Virus record (IMG/VR): IMGVR_UViG_3300034084_000079
Coordinates: 1 to 32,320 of that record
Strand: one strand, 5' to 3'
DNA from: a virus
Taxonomy: Duplodnaviria; Caudoviricetes
Length of the DNA: 32,320 nt
Shown: piece by piece, positions 7,589 through 17,700 of the stretch
How the letters are laid out: each line of letters opens with the position of its first letter
How positions within the stretch are numbered: the stretch's first letter is position 1
Notes under the pieces: generated by a model
What the model saw: the letters and a program-made list of their open reading frames with translations, nothing else
The model's database searches: none
What the model was told of the DNA's origin: nothing
Made by a program: the position numbers and the translations under genes

Positions 7589-8641
7589 ATGTCTGAGGAT
7601 ATTATAAAAAAATTTGAGAGAAAGCACCTCGAAAACATACAACGTTATCAGGGTAACGTTAGACGTGCCTATCTCAAAGCAATTAATAAGATCTTTGCCA
7701 ATGCAGCAGGAATTAAGCTTAAAGACAACAAATTTGACCTGAATAATCATCCGGTATTAAAAAACCGTGTTGAAGAGGTATTGATTAAGTTCAGGCAAGA
7801 GCTTGAATTTGTTTTGATCAATGGAATTGAGGGCGAATGGCAGTTGTCAACTGAAAAAAATGCAAATGTCATAACCAAAGCTTTAGCAATAAAGAAACCA
7901 GCAGAGGCAATCTCCAAAATAATATATGATCCACATACTGCTGCTTTAAACCAGTTTATTTCAAGAAAATCAAATGGTCTCAGTTTGTCTGATCGTGTCT
8001 GGCGTTATACTAATCAATTCCAGAATGAGATTGAACAGGGTTTATATGTAGGAATAAGTGAAGGAAGATCCGCCGCTGAAATGGCCCGTGATCAGAAACA
8101 GTATTTACAAGAACCAAATAAATTATTCAGGAGAGTCAGGAATGCTTCCGGTAAATTGGTTTTAAGTAAAGCTGCCAGAGAATATCATCCTGGGCAAGGA
8201 GTCTACAGGTCCAGTTATAAAAATGCCTTCCGATTAACTCGTGACATTACCAATGACAGCTACCGTTCTGCAGATATTGTTCGATATCAGTCCACACCAT
8301 TCATTTTAGGATATACCGTTAAACTTTCAAACAATCACCCCAAATATGATATCTGTGATGAGCTGAAGGGTGATTATGGGAAAGATTTTGTTTGGCGTAA
8401 ATGGCACATTCAATGCATGTGTTACTCAGTTCCAAAATTGCCAACACCGGAGGAATATGATAAATACGAAGATGCTCTTCTGTCTGGAAACGCTGATAAT
8501 TACAGTTTCAAAGGTGAGATTAGTGGTGTACCGCCACAGTTTAATGCTTATATCAAATCAAATACCGATAGAATGATTAATTGGAAGCGAAAACCGGACT
8601 GGGTAACTGACAATAAAGCTTATACCAAAGACATTAAGTAA
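7589..8641 (+). CDS. Head morphogenesis / minor head protein (SPP1 gp7 / Mu gpF-like)
   Basis: LSDRVW, RLTRDITN and ICDELKG...WHIQCMC; follows the portal. Confidence 0.85.
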   Translation: MSEDIIKKFERKHLENIQRYQGNVRRAYLKAINKIFANAAGIKLKDNKFDLNNHPVLKNRVEEVLIKFRQELEFVLINGIEGEWQLSTEKNANVITKALAIKKPAEAISKIIYDPHTAALNQFISRKSNGLSLSDRVWRYTNQFQNEIEQGLYVGISEGRSAAEMARDQKQYLQEPNKLFRRVRNASGKLVLSKAAREYHPGQGVYRSSYKNAFRLTRDITNDSYRSADIVRYQSTPFILGYTVKLSNNHPKYDICDELKGDYGKDFVWRKWHIQCMCYSVPKLPTPEEYDKYEDALLSGNADNYSFKGEISGVPPQFNAYIKSNTDRMINWKRKPDWVTDNKAYTKDIK

Positions 8642-8666
8642 TCTGAATCATTTGTCTGACTCTGAA

Positions 8667-8783
8667 TTAAGATTCTTTAATTTCTTCAATTGCAGGGCTG
8701 TACCAAACTCCATCTACAATAGTACCGCCGTATAATGCCAAAAGTGTTTCCGGTGATATCTCTGGAAATTCATTACTATCCAT
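8667..8783 (-). CDS. Possible 38-aa acidic peptide (MDSNEFPEISPETLLALYGGTIVDGVWYSPAIEEIKES)
   Basis: Manual translation of the reverse strand; lies wholly within the intergenic gap. Confidence 0.4.
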   Translation of the reverse strand: MDSNEFPEISPETLLALYGGTIVDGVWYSPAIEEIKES

Positions 8784-8899
8784 ACTTTAAAAATACTTAC
8801 AATATATCAGTTATTTAACAACTCGTATGTATTAAAGTATCTAAAATATCTATCCGGCTATATCAAGGTAATTTTATAAAGCATTAAAAATTACAGATT

Positions 8900-9553
8900 A
8901 TGTACGAAAAGATATTAGCACAACTGGCAGCTAAAAACCCAGGGGTGTCAAAAGTAATTCTGGGACTTGTAGCTAAAAAACTTGAAGCTAAAGTAACGGA
9001 AGAATCTCAAATCGAGGGGGTTATCACAGAATTTGAAACCAACTCACCTGTAACCATTTCTGAATACGCTGAATTACTTCAGAAAGAGGGGGATAAAAGG
9101 GTCGATGCTGCTTTAAAAAAGGCAGCCAAACCAGATCCTGAAAAGCCAACTCCTGATCCAGCCAAACCAGATCCAGCAAATCCAACTGATATCAGCAAAC
9201 AAATTGCCGATGCTATTGCCGAACATTTAAAACCGTTCGCTGCATTGGCAGGAACAATGAAGGTTAATCAGACCAAAGAAGGTTTAAAAGCCATTCTGAA
9301 AGAAAAAAAGATACCTGAAGACTGGGCCGATGATATTCATATTGGAGAGGACTTCAATCAAGAAGAGGTTGTTGCCCGACTGGAAACTAAATGGACAAAT
9401 GCTAAACAACTTGCCATTAATGAATCAATTTCTGACGGGTCCGTTAAACGCGGAAACGTGGCTGGGGTAACTTCAGTTACAGATGCGATTAAGGAATATG
9501 GCAAAAATACTTCTGCAAAGGATGCAGGGTATAATGTAGTAGAAAACATTTAA
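8900..9553 (+). CDS. Probable capsid scaffold protein
   Basis: Helical protein with a Pro-rich linker (KPDPEKPTPDPAKPDPANP), upstream of the capsid genes. Confidence 0.7.
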   Translation: MYEKILAQLAAKNPGVSKVILGLVAKKLEAKVTEESQIEGVITEFETNSPVTISEYAELLQKEGDKRVDAALKKAAKPDPEKPTPDPAKPDPANPTDISKQIADAIAEHLKPFAALAGTMKVNQTKEGLKAILKEKKIPEDWADDIHIGEDFNQEEVVARLETKWTNAKQLAINESISDGSVKRGNVAGVTSVTDAIKEYGKNTSAKDAGYNVVENI

Positions 9554-9558
9554 AAAAA

Positions 9559-10152
9559 ATGGGATTGATCATTAAAAAAGAAACAGAAAATCAGTCTGTG
9601 CCTGTTTTTGTGACCATTATCGAGGATTATCCTGGTGGTGGAACATTAAGTCAGACCGGTCTGGTTGTAGGGGAAACCGTCAAAGCTGGTGCCCTTGTAA
9701 AATTTGACGAATCAACAAGGTTGGTATCCGTCTTAAAAACCGCATCAATTACAGAAAATGCAACCAACACAGCTACAGACTATAAGATCTCAAAAGGATC
9801 TGGGCTTGTAGTTGGAGATAATTTCTCCGCCGTTGTTGGAGGTAAAGCCTATCCAATTACTGTCATAGATAAAACTAATGCTGACTATGACTTAGTCTCT
9901 GTAGGAACTACACTTGGTGTTGCATTGGTTGTTGGTGATGTGGTATTCCAGTCTTCAGCGACAGGAGCTTCAGCAGGAGCATTAATGTATGATGTGAATG
10001 GAATTTTGAGAAATTCAGCAGTTGTTGGTAATAATGAGATGGTAGCAGTTGTACGTAGAGGAACAACTTATGAGCGTAGACTTCCTTCACCGGTTCCTTC
10101 TGCTGTGAAAACAGCACTTCAGGGGCTTATCGTGTTCTCAAAGCAGTTTTAA
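9559..10152 (+). CDS. Probable head decoration protein
   Basis: Lies between scaffold and capsid; beta-rich, G/T/V-rich. Confidence 0.65.
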   Translation: MGLIIKKETENQSVPVFVTIIEDYPGGGTLSQTGLVVGETVKAGALVKFDESTRLVSVLKTASITENATNTATDYKISKGSGLVVGDNFSAVVGGKAYPITVIDKTNADYDLVSVGTTLGVALVVGDVVFQSSATGASAGALMYDVNGILRNSAVVGNNEMVAVVRRGTTYERRLPSPVPSAVKTALQGLIVFSKQF

Positions 10153-10169
10153 TTAAAAGGAATTAAGAA

Positions 10170-11258
10170 ATGGCAAAATCATTTATAAGCGAGGTTGCAG
10201 AAAAGAAAAATCTGCAAACCTTTATTGACGAGACCAGGTCTCGTTTTGCAGCCATCTTTTGGCCTGCTTTGTTGAGTAAGAAGTACACAAAGGATCTGAA
10301 GTATGAAACACTTGTAGGAAGCCGTAAGGCAGGCGTTGCTGCAAATGTAACCGCTTACAACGTTTCGGCTCCATTGCATTCACGTGACGTTCTGCAAAAA
10401 TTAACCGGTAATATTCCTTCTATGCGTGGAAAGCGTTCCATGGATGAGAACGAACTCATGGAATATATTCGTTTATCTGATTCTTCAAACCCTGATCAAA
10501 AGCGTTTGCTGGATTTGATTTATGATGATGTAGCATGGGCATCGGTTGCACCTCATAAGCGAATCGACTGGTTTTTAACAAGAATGCTTTCTACAGGAAA
10601 AATTGATCTCAATACTACAACCAACGCGGCTGGTATTGTGACTCAAACTGTTGTAGATTTCAATATGCCTGAAGCAAATAAAACCGGAACAACTGGTGAA
10701 ATTTGGAGCAACGCAGCCGGAGCTACACCGTTGACAGATTTAAAGAAAAGCTTCTTCGAGCCTGCAGCAGACATGGGTATTGTAGGTGGTGTTATCCGCA
10801 TGCATCCTTCAAAAGTTTGGCAGATGTTGGCTACTAACGAGGTTAAAACAGCCTTAGGTCTATTGACCAATGGTAAGGTAACCTCAGCAAATATAGAGCT
10901 TGGAACACTGAACCAGTGGCTTGCAGCAAACAACTATCCTCAGATTCGTCCTTTCAATGCCTCAATTGGTATAGAGAAAGACGGTAAGGTAACTTATACT
11001 AACCCATGGGAAGTTAATAACGTCTCTTATACTCCTGATGGCCAGATTGGTGTTCTTAACATCGCTCCGGTCGTTGAGAAAGAGCGTCCACAACCACAGG
11101 TTGCGTATGCTGATTATCTTGACAATCTTGTTAAGAAATTCAGTGAAGTTGATCCTGTAACTGAGTTTACAGCATTTGAAATGAATGCCTTCCCGTCATT
11201 TGACACAGTGGATCAGGCGTTCTTGCTGAATACCGCAAATAAAGGTGCATTTGCTTAA
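10170..11258 (+). CDS. Major capsid protein (lambda gpE-like)
   Basis: 362 aa; MLSTGKI, VDFNMP and WSNAAGATPLTDL motifs; position. Confidence 0.88.
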   Translation: MAKSFISEVAEKKNLQTFIDETRSRFAAIFWPALLSKKYTKDLKYETLVGSRKAGVAANVTAYNVSAPLHSRDVLQKLTGNIPSMRGKRSMDENELMEYIRLSDSSNPDQKRLLDLIYDDVAWASVAPHKRIDWFLTRMLSTGKIDLNTTTNAAGIVTQTVVDFNMPEANKTGTTGEIWSNAAGATPLTDLKKSFFEPAADMGIVGGVIRMHPSKVWQMLATNEVKTALGLLTNGKVTSANIELGTLNQWLAANNYPQIRPFNASIGIEKDGKVTYTNPWEVNNVSYTPDGQIGVLNIAPVVEKERPQPQVAYADYLDNLVKKFSEVDPVTEFTAFEMNAFPSFDTVDQAFLLNTANKGAFA

Positions 11259-11269
11259 TATTAAATAGC

Positions 11270-11578
11270 ATGACCAAAAGAGAAGCCCTGCAAGCAACTA
11301 TCAATTACACAATCCCAGCATTAGTACTGGACAAACATTTAGCCGATTCAGGTTTAAATGGTACGGAGAATTACACTCCTGAAACCGATAAAAAGGCAAT
11401 TGATTTGTGTGCAGCAGGGCTTATCTTATTTATTTGTACAAGTCCTAATATTAGTCAGGGCGGTTTTTCAATTTCTATTGGAGATAAAGAGAAGCTGCTT
11501 CAGATTCGTTCTTTGATTTTAGCAAAGTGGGGAGAGCATGAGGGTTCAGTTATTTCTGATGCTTCTGATTTATGGTAA
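11270..11578 (+). CDS. Probable head-tail connector/adaptor
   Basis: Follows the capsid gene; SPNISQGGFSIS and terminal DASDLW. Confidence 0.65.
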   Translation: MTKREALQATINYTIPALVLDKHLADSGLNGTENYTPETDKKAIDLCAAGLILFICTSPNISQGGFSISIGDKEKLLQIRSLILAKWGEHEGSVISDASDLW

Positions 11579-11904
11579 ACAAATTCCAATATCCGGATAA
11601 ATTAAAAGTTACTACAATCACTGGAGGAACTACTTCAGTAGATGGAAATGGCGATGTAGTATTGATTCCGGGTGTAAGTAGTGTATCGGAATTTGATTGC
11701 CGTGCAGAATCACCACAGGTTAGTTCAAAAAATACTACCGATGGCATTGAGGAAGATGTTCACTATGTGATATATGGTACCGTTGATATACCCAGACTTT
11801 CCAAGGGAACAAGCGTTGAGATCATCTTTAACGATGGCCACAAAGAGCAAGGTCAGGTCATAAAAATGGATAAAACCGAATTTCATGTAATGATTTGGAT
11901 ATGA
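11572..11904 (+). CDS. Probable head closure/stopper protein
   Basis: Synteny, size and beta-rich composition. Confidence 0.55.
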   Translation: MVNKFQYPDKLKVTTITGGTTSVDGNGDVVLIPGVSSVSEFDCRAESPQVSSKNTTDGIEEDVHYVIYGTVDIPRLSKGTSVEIIFNDGHKEQGQVIKMDKTEFHVMIWI

Positions 11905-11905
11905 T

Positions 11906-12364
11906 ATGGGTATCAGACCAACATTTAGCAATCAGGATGTTAGACACATGTTTAACATCAAACTTGCCAGAATTGAAGATGCTATCATAAGCAGACTTCG
12001 GTTTATTGGTGAAACCTTTGTAATAAATGCCCGTGAGAATGGTACCTACAATGACATAACCGGAAATCTTCGTAGCTCCATTGGTTACATCGTACTCAAC
12101 AATGGTAAAGTAGTTGTCGAAAATTTTGAACGTTCCAACCGGGGTTCTGATAAATCTACAGGTGTATCTAAAGGCAGATCTCATGCATTATCAGTAAAAA
12201 AAAGGTTCTCAAAAGGATATGTACTAATCTGTGTGGCCGGAATGCAATATGCAGCAGCAGTTGAAAGCAGGGGTAAAGATGTTATTACAGCAAGTTCTAT
12301 CACCGCTAAGAATGACATGCAACGGGCAATCAACAGCTTAAAAAGGAAGGTTGGTAATTTATGA
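11906..12364 (+). CDS. Neck/tail completion protein (HK97 gp10-like)
   Basis: DITGNLRSSIGY and YAAAVE motifs. Confidence 0.8.
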   Translation: MGIRPTFSNQDVRHMFNIKLARIEDAIISRLRFIGETFVINARENGTYNDITGNLRSSIGYIVLNNGKVVVENFERSNRGSDKSTGVSKGRSHALSVKKRFSKGYVLICVAGMQYAAAVESRGKDVITASSITAKNDMQRAINSLKRKVGNL

Positions 12365-12801
12365 GTTTAACCTCAATTGAAGTCGTTAATGTGCTATATC
12401 AGCACATTAAGAACAGTGTGTTATTTTCTGATGCAAAAAAACCGAATGGCGAACTTAAAAAGTATCAACGTCCGGCAAACTCACAGAAAGAGGATGTAGT
12501 AATTAATGGATTGCCAAATAACCGTGAAGTGGTTCAGGAAGGGGTTTTAAACATTAACATTTTCGTTAAGAACCTTGATCCTACTCAAATACCTTCTTTA
12601 AATGGTGATACCAGCCAGCCAGACACCGGAAGACTGCTATACCTCAGTAAACTTGCAAATCAAGCTCTTGGATCAGGAAATGAAGTCTGGAACACGGACG
12701 GATCCTGGTGCTTTAAACTACAACAGGACTATACTGAACCAGATGAAGGAACGAATCAGCATTACATCAATATTAGGATAGAGTTTTATTCAATTAATTA
12801 A
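12361..12801 (+). CDS. Probable tail terminator protein
   Basis: Immediately before the tail tube gene; LNINIFV and HYINIRIEF strands. Confidence 0.65.
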   Translation: MSLTSIEVVNVLYQHIKNSVLFSDAKKPNGELKKYQRPANSQKEDVVINGLPNNREVVQEGVLNINIFVKNLDPTQIPSLNGDTSQPDTGRLLYLSKLANQALGSGNEVWNTDGSWCFKLQQDYTEPDEGTNQHYINIRIEFYSIN

Positions 12802-12818
12802 CATTAAAAAATAAAGAA

Positions 12819-13586
12819 ATGGCAAAAAAGGTTTATGGCTTAAAAAGCATATTAATGGGCGATCCAGCCGGTGATGGTGGCATGGGAACCGTGCTTACCG
12901 AGGTTTTTGGGCAAACTGTACCTGGGTCTGCAACATTAACATTAGAGAAGCCCTCAAAACAGGGTGTTCCTATTGAAGAGTCTGATACTCCAATATTCTA
13001 TATTAAAGGAGAGGCTCCTAATTTCACACTGAATGCAAGTTCATACAATATCAGTGCAACTACCATGCAGAAATTATTCGGTGGTATTGCATCTGGTGCA
13101 AATGGTGTTGCTACACTCGGAGCTATTACTGCAGGTACGCTTTATGTAACCGGCACATATAACAATGTTCCATTAACAGGTGGTACAGGTACCGGTGCAA
13201 CTGCAAACATTACTGTATCAGGAGGAGGTGTGACAGCTGTTACTATCGTAAATAAAGGAAAAGGTTACACTGTCTCTGATTCACTGTCAGCTGCAGCCGC
13301 TAATATCGGTGGTGCTGGATCTGGATTTGCAGTAGTTGTTGCAACTCTTTCAACAGGTCCTGAAGCCTGGTCTGCACCGGTTGACGGAAAGATACCTGAT
13401 TTATATCAGTCTGTTATATCCGAAACAATGACTGGTATCAAGTTCAAATTTGTTAAAATGGATATTTCACAGGGGCTTAATGTAACCTTTGATAAAACCC
13501 GTTTAGGGCAAATCGACTGGACTGGATTGCTGATGCAGCCTGACAAAGCTACTGCAGCACCTTGGGAAATTGAGTGGCCAGATTAA
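12819..13586 (+). CDS. Major tail tube protein with an internal Gly/Thr-rich insertion
   Basis: Synteny; LFGG...WSAP core; followed by a strong terminator. Confidence 0.78.
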   Translation: MAKKVYGLKSILMGDPAGDGGMGTVLTEVFGQTVPGSATLTLEKPSKQGVPIEESDTPIFYIKGEAPNFTLNASSYNISATTMQKLFGGIASGANGVATLGAITAGTLYVTGTYNNVPLTGGTGTGATANITVSGGGVTAVTIVNKGKGYTVSDSLSAAAANIGGAGSGFAVVVATLSTGPEAWSAPVDGKIPDLYQSVISETMTGIKFKFVKMDISQGLNVTFDKTRLGQIDWTGLLMQPDKATAAPWEIEWPD

Positions 13587-13604
13587 TTTTTTGAATCTAT
13601 CTAT

Positions 13605-13635
13605 ACAAGCCCCCAAATCACGGGGGCTTGTTTTT
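13605..13635 (+). terminator. Intrinsic terminator after the tail tube gene
   Basis: ACAAGCCCCC-AAATCAC-GGGGGCTTGT followed by TTTT. Confidence 0.85.
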
Positions 13636-13647
13636 AAATAAACTTAT

Positions 13648-13971
13648 ATGAAACGAGGAAGTAAATCAACCTTATTGGCGGCCATGCTTTTCGGTGGTCT
13701 GCTTGGATCTGCTCAGGCAATTCAGCCTATTGCTACACAAAATGCCAAGATTCAGAATCAGGAGATCAAGTCTACAAAAACTGGTGCCATCCGTGAGACT
13801 AACAAGGTAATTAGAAATGTAGGCAGCATTCCTATAGTTACATATTTTCCAAATTTCGGCTTAAGTCCAAAGGAATATGGGATGATATTCGGTAATGGCA
13901 AGTCACGAAAAGGAAAGGTGAATTATGCCAGGATGAGCCATAATGCTAAACTGAAAAGACGTAAGGCATGA
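13648..13971 (+). CDS. Hypothetical basic protein with a signal-peptide-like N-terminus
   Basis: MKRGSKSTLLAAMLFGGLLGSAQA followed by a Lys/Arg-rich body; ATGA overlap with the chaperone gene. Confidence 0.7.
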   Translation: MKRGSKSTLLAAMLFGGLLGSAQAIQPIATQNAKIQNQEIKSTKTGAIRETNKVIRNVGSIPIVTYFPNFGLSPKEYGMIFGNGKSRKGKVNYARMSHNAKLKRRKA

Positions 13972-14468
13972 CGAAAGAAGCTAAAGATGTCATTTCTTCT
14001 GCTGTAAATACAATTACTGGCAAAACAAAAACAGTTACGGTTACTTTAAAACCGGAAACACCATTCCAAGCTTTATTGATGAAAGTTGGATTGAAGAAAA
14101 AGACTGCTGAATTTATAATTCGGCCGCTGGTAGTAGGAAACAGAAAAAGAATATCTGCAAAGGCATTAGTTATTCCAGATGATTTTCTGAAAGATGGCTT
14201 AGTAAAAGCTTTATTAAATCCAGAGTTTATTGACGTGTGTATTTATGCCGTAGCGGTTGGTATTCAGAATAATAAGCATGAACCGGATCAGAAACTAATT
14301 GATTTTATAGCCTTTCAGTTTGACGATGAAGATATTGATTTGATGCTGAATACAATTTTCTCAGGAATCAATCTTAAATCTTTTACGAACTCTATCATCT
14401 TGATCAAAGGGAGCAATGTCCTGACTGTACCGGAAAAGGATGCAGAAAGTGCAAACAAACCGGATTAA
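13968..14468 (+). CDS. Tail assembly chaperone (gpG-like)
   Basis: Lies between tail tube and tape measure; overlapped by a -1 frame ORF. Confidence 0.75.
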   Translation: MTKEAKDVISSAVNTITGKTKTVTVTLKPETPFQALLMKVGLKKKTAEFIIRPLVVGNRKRISAKALVIPDDFLKDGLVKALLNPEFIDVCIYAVAVGIQNNKHEPDQKLIDFIAFQFDDEDIDLMLNTIFSGINLKSFTNSIILIKGSNVLTVPEKDAESANKPD

Positions 14469-14698
14469 AAATAGATGAGCCTTTAAGCCCGGGAGACAAT
14501 AGCCCGTGGGGATTAGTTGGAAGTATATGTAAATACTTTCATTGGACTGAAGATCACGTATTGTGGTCGATATCGTGGGAGAATGCCATAATGTACATGG
14601 CCACTATTTCAAAATATAAACCTGAAGGAGATAAAGATTCAGTTCAAGTATCACCTGAAGATGAAGAATCTGATTTAAGGAAAATGTTAGGAGAATAA
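14378..14698 (+). CDS. Tail assembly chaperone gpT-like part, probably reached by -1 frameshift; not in ORF track
   Basis: The -1 frame is open for 106 codons (IFYELYHLDQREQCPDC...SPWGLVGSICKYFHWTEDHVLWSISWENAIMYM...KMLGE), has no early ATG, and ends 2 nt before the tape measure ATG. Confidence 0.75.
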   Translation: MFYELYHLDQREQCPDCTGKGCRKCKQTGLKIDEPLSPGDNSPWGLVGSICKYFHWTEDHVLWSISWENAIMYMATISKYKPEGDKDSVQVSPEDEESDLRKMLGE

Positions 14699-14700
14699 CA

Positions 14701-17700
14701 ATGGCAGTAAATGTTACAGGCGGTCCTTTAGAGTTTGTTAGTAGCATCGATGACAGACAGTTTGATACTGCTATTAATCGCATGCAAAGACAGATCAATG
14801 ATCTTTCCGGCAATATAAAACGTCAGGGAAATGATATTGACGGCTTCGCTAAGAAAATATCAGTTGCCGCTGCCAGTTACTTTTCCGTTCAGGCAGCTGG
14901 TGAGTTCATTAATTCGATGGTTCGCGTTCGTGGTGAGTTCCAGCAAATAGAAATTGCTTTCACTACCATGCTAAAAAGCAAGGAGAAAGCTGATCAGTTA
15001 ATGAAAGAAGCCGTCAAACTTGCTGCAGTTACACCGTTTGGACTACAGGATGTTGCTGCCGGTGCCAAACAATTACTTGCTTATGGGTTCTCTGCAAAAG
15101 AAGTTACCCAGAATCTTGAAATGCTCGGGAACATTGCCTCAGGGGTGGGTTCTCAATTAACTGATGTTGTATACCTGTATGGAACTTTGAAAGCTTCAGG
15201 GCGGGTGACTCAAATGGATATAAACCAGTTTGCCAATCGTGGTATTCCAATCTATGAAGCACTTGCTCAGGTAATCGGTAAAACTACTGCTGAAGTTCGT
15301 GATTATGTTTCAGCTGGTAGAATTGGTTTCCCTCAAATTGAACAGGCATTTAAGAATATGACAGGGCCTGCGGGTCAGTTCTTTAATTTGATGCAGGAGC
15401 AATCTAAATCTCTAACTGGTCAATTAAGTAACTTATCAGATGCATGGGCAAGAATGCTCAACGATATGGGGCAATCTCAGGAAGGTATTCTTTCTGATTC
15501 AATTAGCCTTGCAATCAACCTTGTCGATAATTATCAACAGGTGCTGGATATACTTCAAGCCCTCATTATAGTTTACGGATCTTATCGAGCCGCGCTTGTT
15601 GCTGAAGCGGCTTTAAAACAAATCATTGCTGCCAGAACAGTGGGAATGACAACTGCTGAAATATTGCATTATCAAGCCCTTGTTTTACAGACAGCGGCTA
15701 CCAAAGCGTATAATGCAGTATTAGCGGCCATGCCTTTGGGAATGATGACTCTTGGTATTGCCGGTTTAGCAACTGCTATCTATTCTTTAACTCAGATAAC
15801 TGATGCGGCAACCGCTTCTCAGGAAGTGATGAACGACTCAAAAGAAGAAGGTGCTAAAGTAGCGGATAAAGAGCTGAATAAAATCAATCATCTGATGGGT
15901 GTGATTAAAAGCCAAACATCCAGTATTCAGCAAAAAGAAGCAGCTTACAAGAAACTTCAGGAGACTACCAATGGTACACTAAATCAATATAGTCTTGAAC
16001 AAATTGCAGCTGGAAAAGCGAAAGTAAGTATTGAAGAATACATTAAATCAATTCAGGATGCAGCAGCTGCCAGAAAAGCATGGTCTGAATTTCAAGAACT
16101 TGCAGATAAACGGGATGATCTCACAAGGAACGGCATCAAGTCTGTTAGTCCATGGGTGCAGGCTGGCAGGGCTTTGAAAAATCAATTTACTCCGACTTCT
16201 CAGGGAATTGGAATGATGGATTGGTTAAAGGGGTGGGTTGGAATTGGAACAAGTGACCGTATTGTCAATCAAGAGCTGGCTGTTGTGGACCAGCAGATGG
16301 AAACTCTTAAAAAAGCTTTTGGAGATAAATTTGAAGAAATCATATCCGGAGAAACTAAAGCCGAAGCTGCCACTCCATCAAAATCTAAAACCCGTACCGA
16401 AGCATTTGTAGAAGCTGAAATCAAGAAACTGACTGAAGCCCGTTCAGAATATGCACTTGCCTCAAAGGAATATGCCGATTATACCCGTCAGATCAATGCC
16501 CTTAATGAAGAGCTTGCCAGGGCACAAGGAAAAACTACTAAATCCCAAAAAGAGTACAATGACGTTTTGAAAGAACGCGCCAAGGTATTGGAGGATATCA
16601 TCAAAGCCGAACAAGAGGCTGCCAGAGATGAGCTAACCACCAATGACAGGGAAATTCAACAGGCAAAAGATGAATACGATATCTTAAGGCTTCAGGCCAG
16701 AGAAAAAGGTTTAGGACCCGGTGCCATTACCCGAATTGATAAAATTGAAGAAAGGAAGACAGGAAACATCCGCTATAAGCAACAAACTAATGATCTGGAA
16801 GATTTTTTGAATAAGCAAAAGCAGCTATATGAGCAATTCGAGCAATATAAATTAGAATTTGGAGAAGACAAGGCCAGAGAGCGTTTTAAGAATGAGATTG
16901 ACCTCTCAAAAACTTATTTAAAAATATTACAGGAGCAGCAGGATAAGTTTTCCAATACTGATGATGGCGGGCAATATACAGCCAATGAACAGGATCGATT
17001 AAACGGTATCAATGAAAGGATCAGGAATGAACTTTTATTAGAGCAAAAGAAATATGATGATGCGGTCCGGGCTGCAAGTTCTCATCTGGAACAAGTACAG
17101 GCGATCCGTAGAAAATACGCAGATATGGCCAATGTTTTAGGCTCTCAGATCACAGAAAGTCAAAAAGCTGAATTAATAGCCAGAATGGACGATGAGATCA
17201 AGGCTGCTAATAAAACCGCATTTGAGAAAACCGAAATATACCGGAAGCTTGGCCGTGATATCGTTCAGTTTACCAAAGATTCATTGAGAGATGAGATTAA
17301 AGCTGTTGAAGGCTTACTGAAATCAGATCTTAATCCGGCTTTGCGCTCTGAGCTTGAAAGATCTCTTGCAATGCTAAAATCTCAGCTGGAAGCAGGTGTC
17401 AATCAATCCAATATTCAAGCCTTACAGAATCAGGCAGATACATTAAAAAAGGCACTAAGTGATCCGCTGATTGCCGGTACCGAACTTGCTGAAGAATATT
17501 TAAAGCAACTTGTAGAAATTGAGAAGAAAATTCAAGATCTCAATAATTCAAGCGGCCTGACTCAGGTTCTGGATCTGTTCAATACTTTAACCGGAAGCGG
17601 ATCAAAATTGTCCGATATCATTCCAGGAACTGAGAAGATCGAAGCACTTGCTACAGCTTTTTCAAAGACATTCGGAAATATAAGCCGCTCATTCGCGCAA

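Noticed and set aside
7151-7750. 199-aa antisense ORF and other short overlapping ORFs in the track (e.g. 6667-6948, 10643-10933, 11858-12184, 24698-25015)
   Set aside because: Shadow ORFs over well-supported genes, with no motifs or expression signals.
9125-9180. Repeat GCCAAACCAGATCC in the scaffold gene
   Set aside because: In-frame repeat explained by the Pro-rich protein linker.
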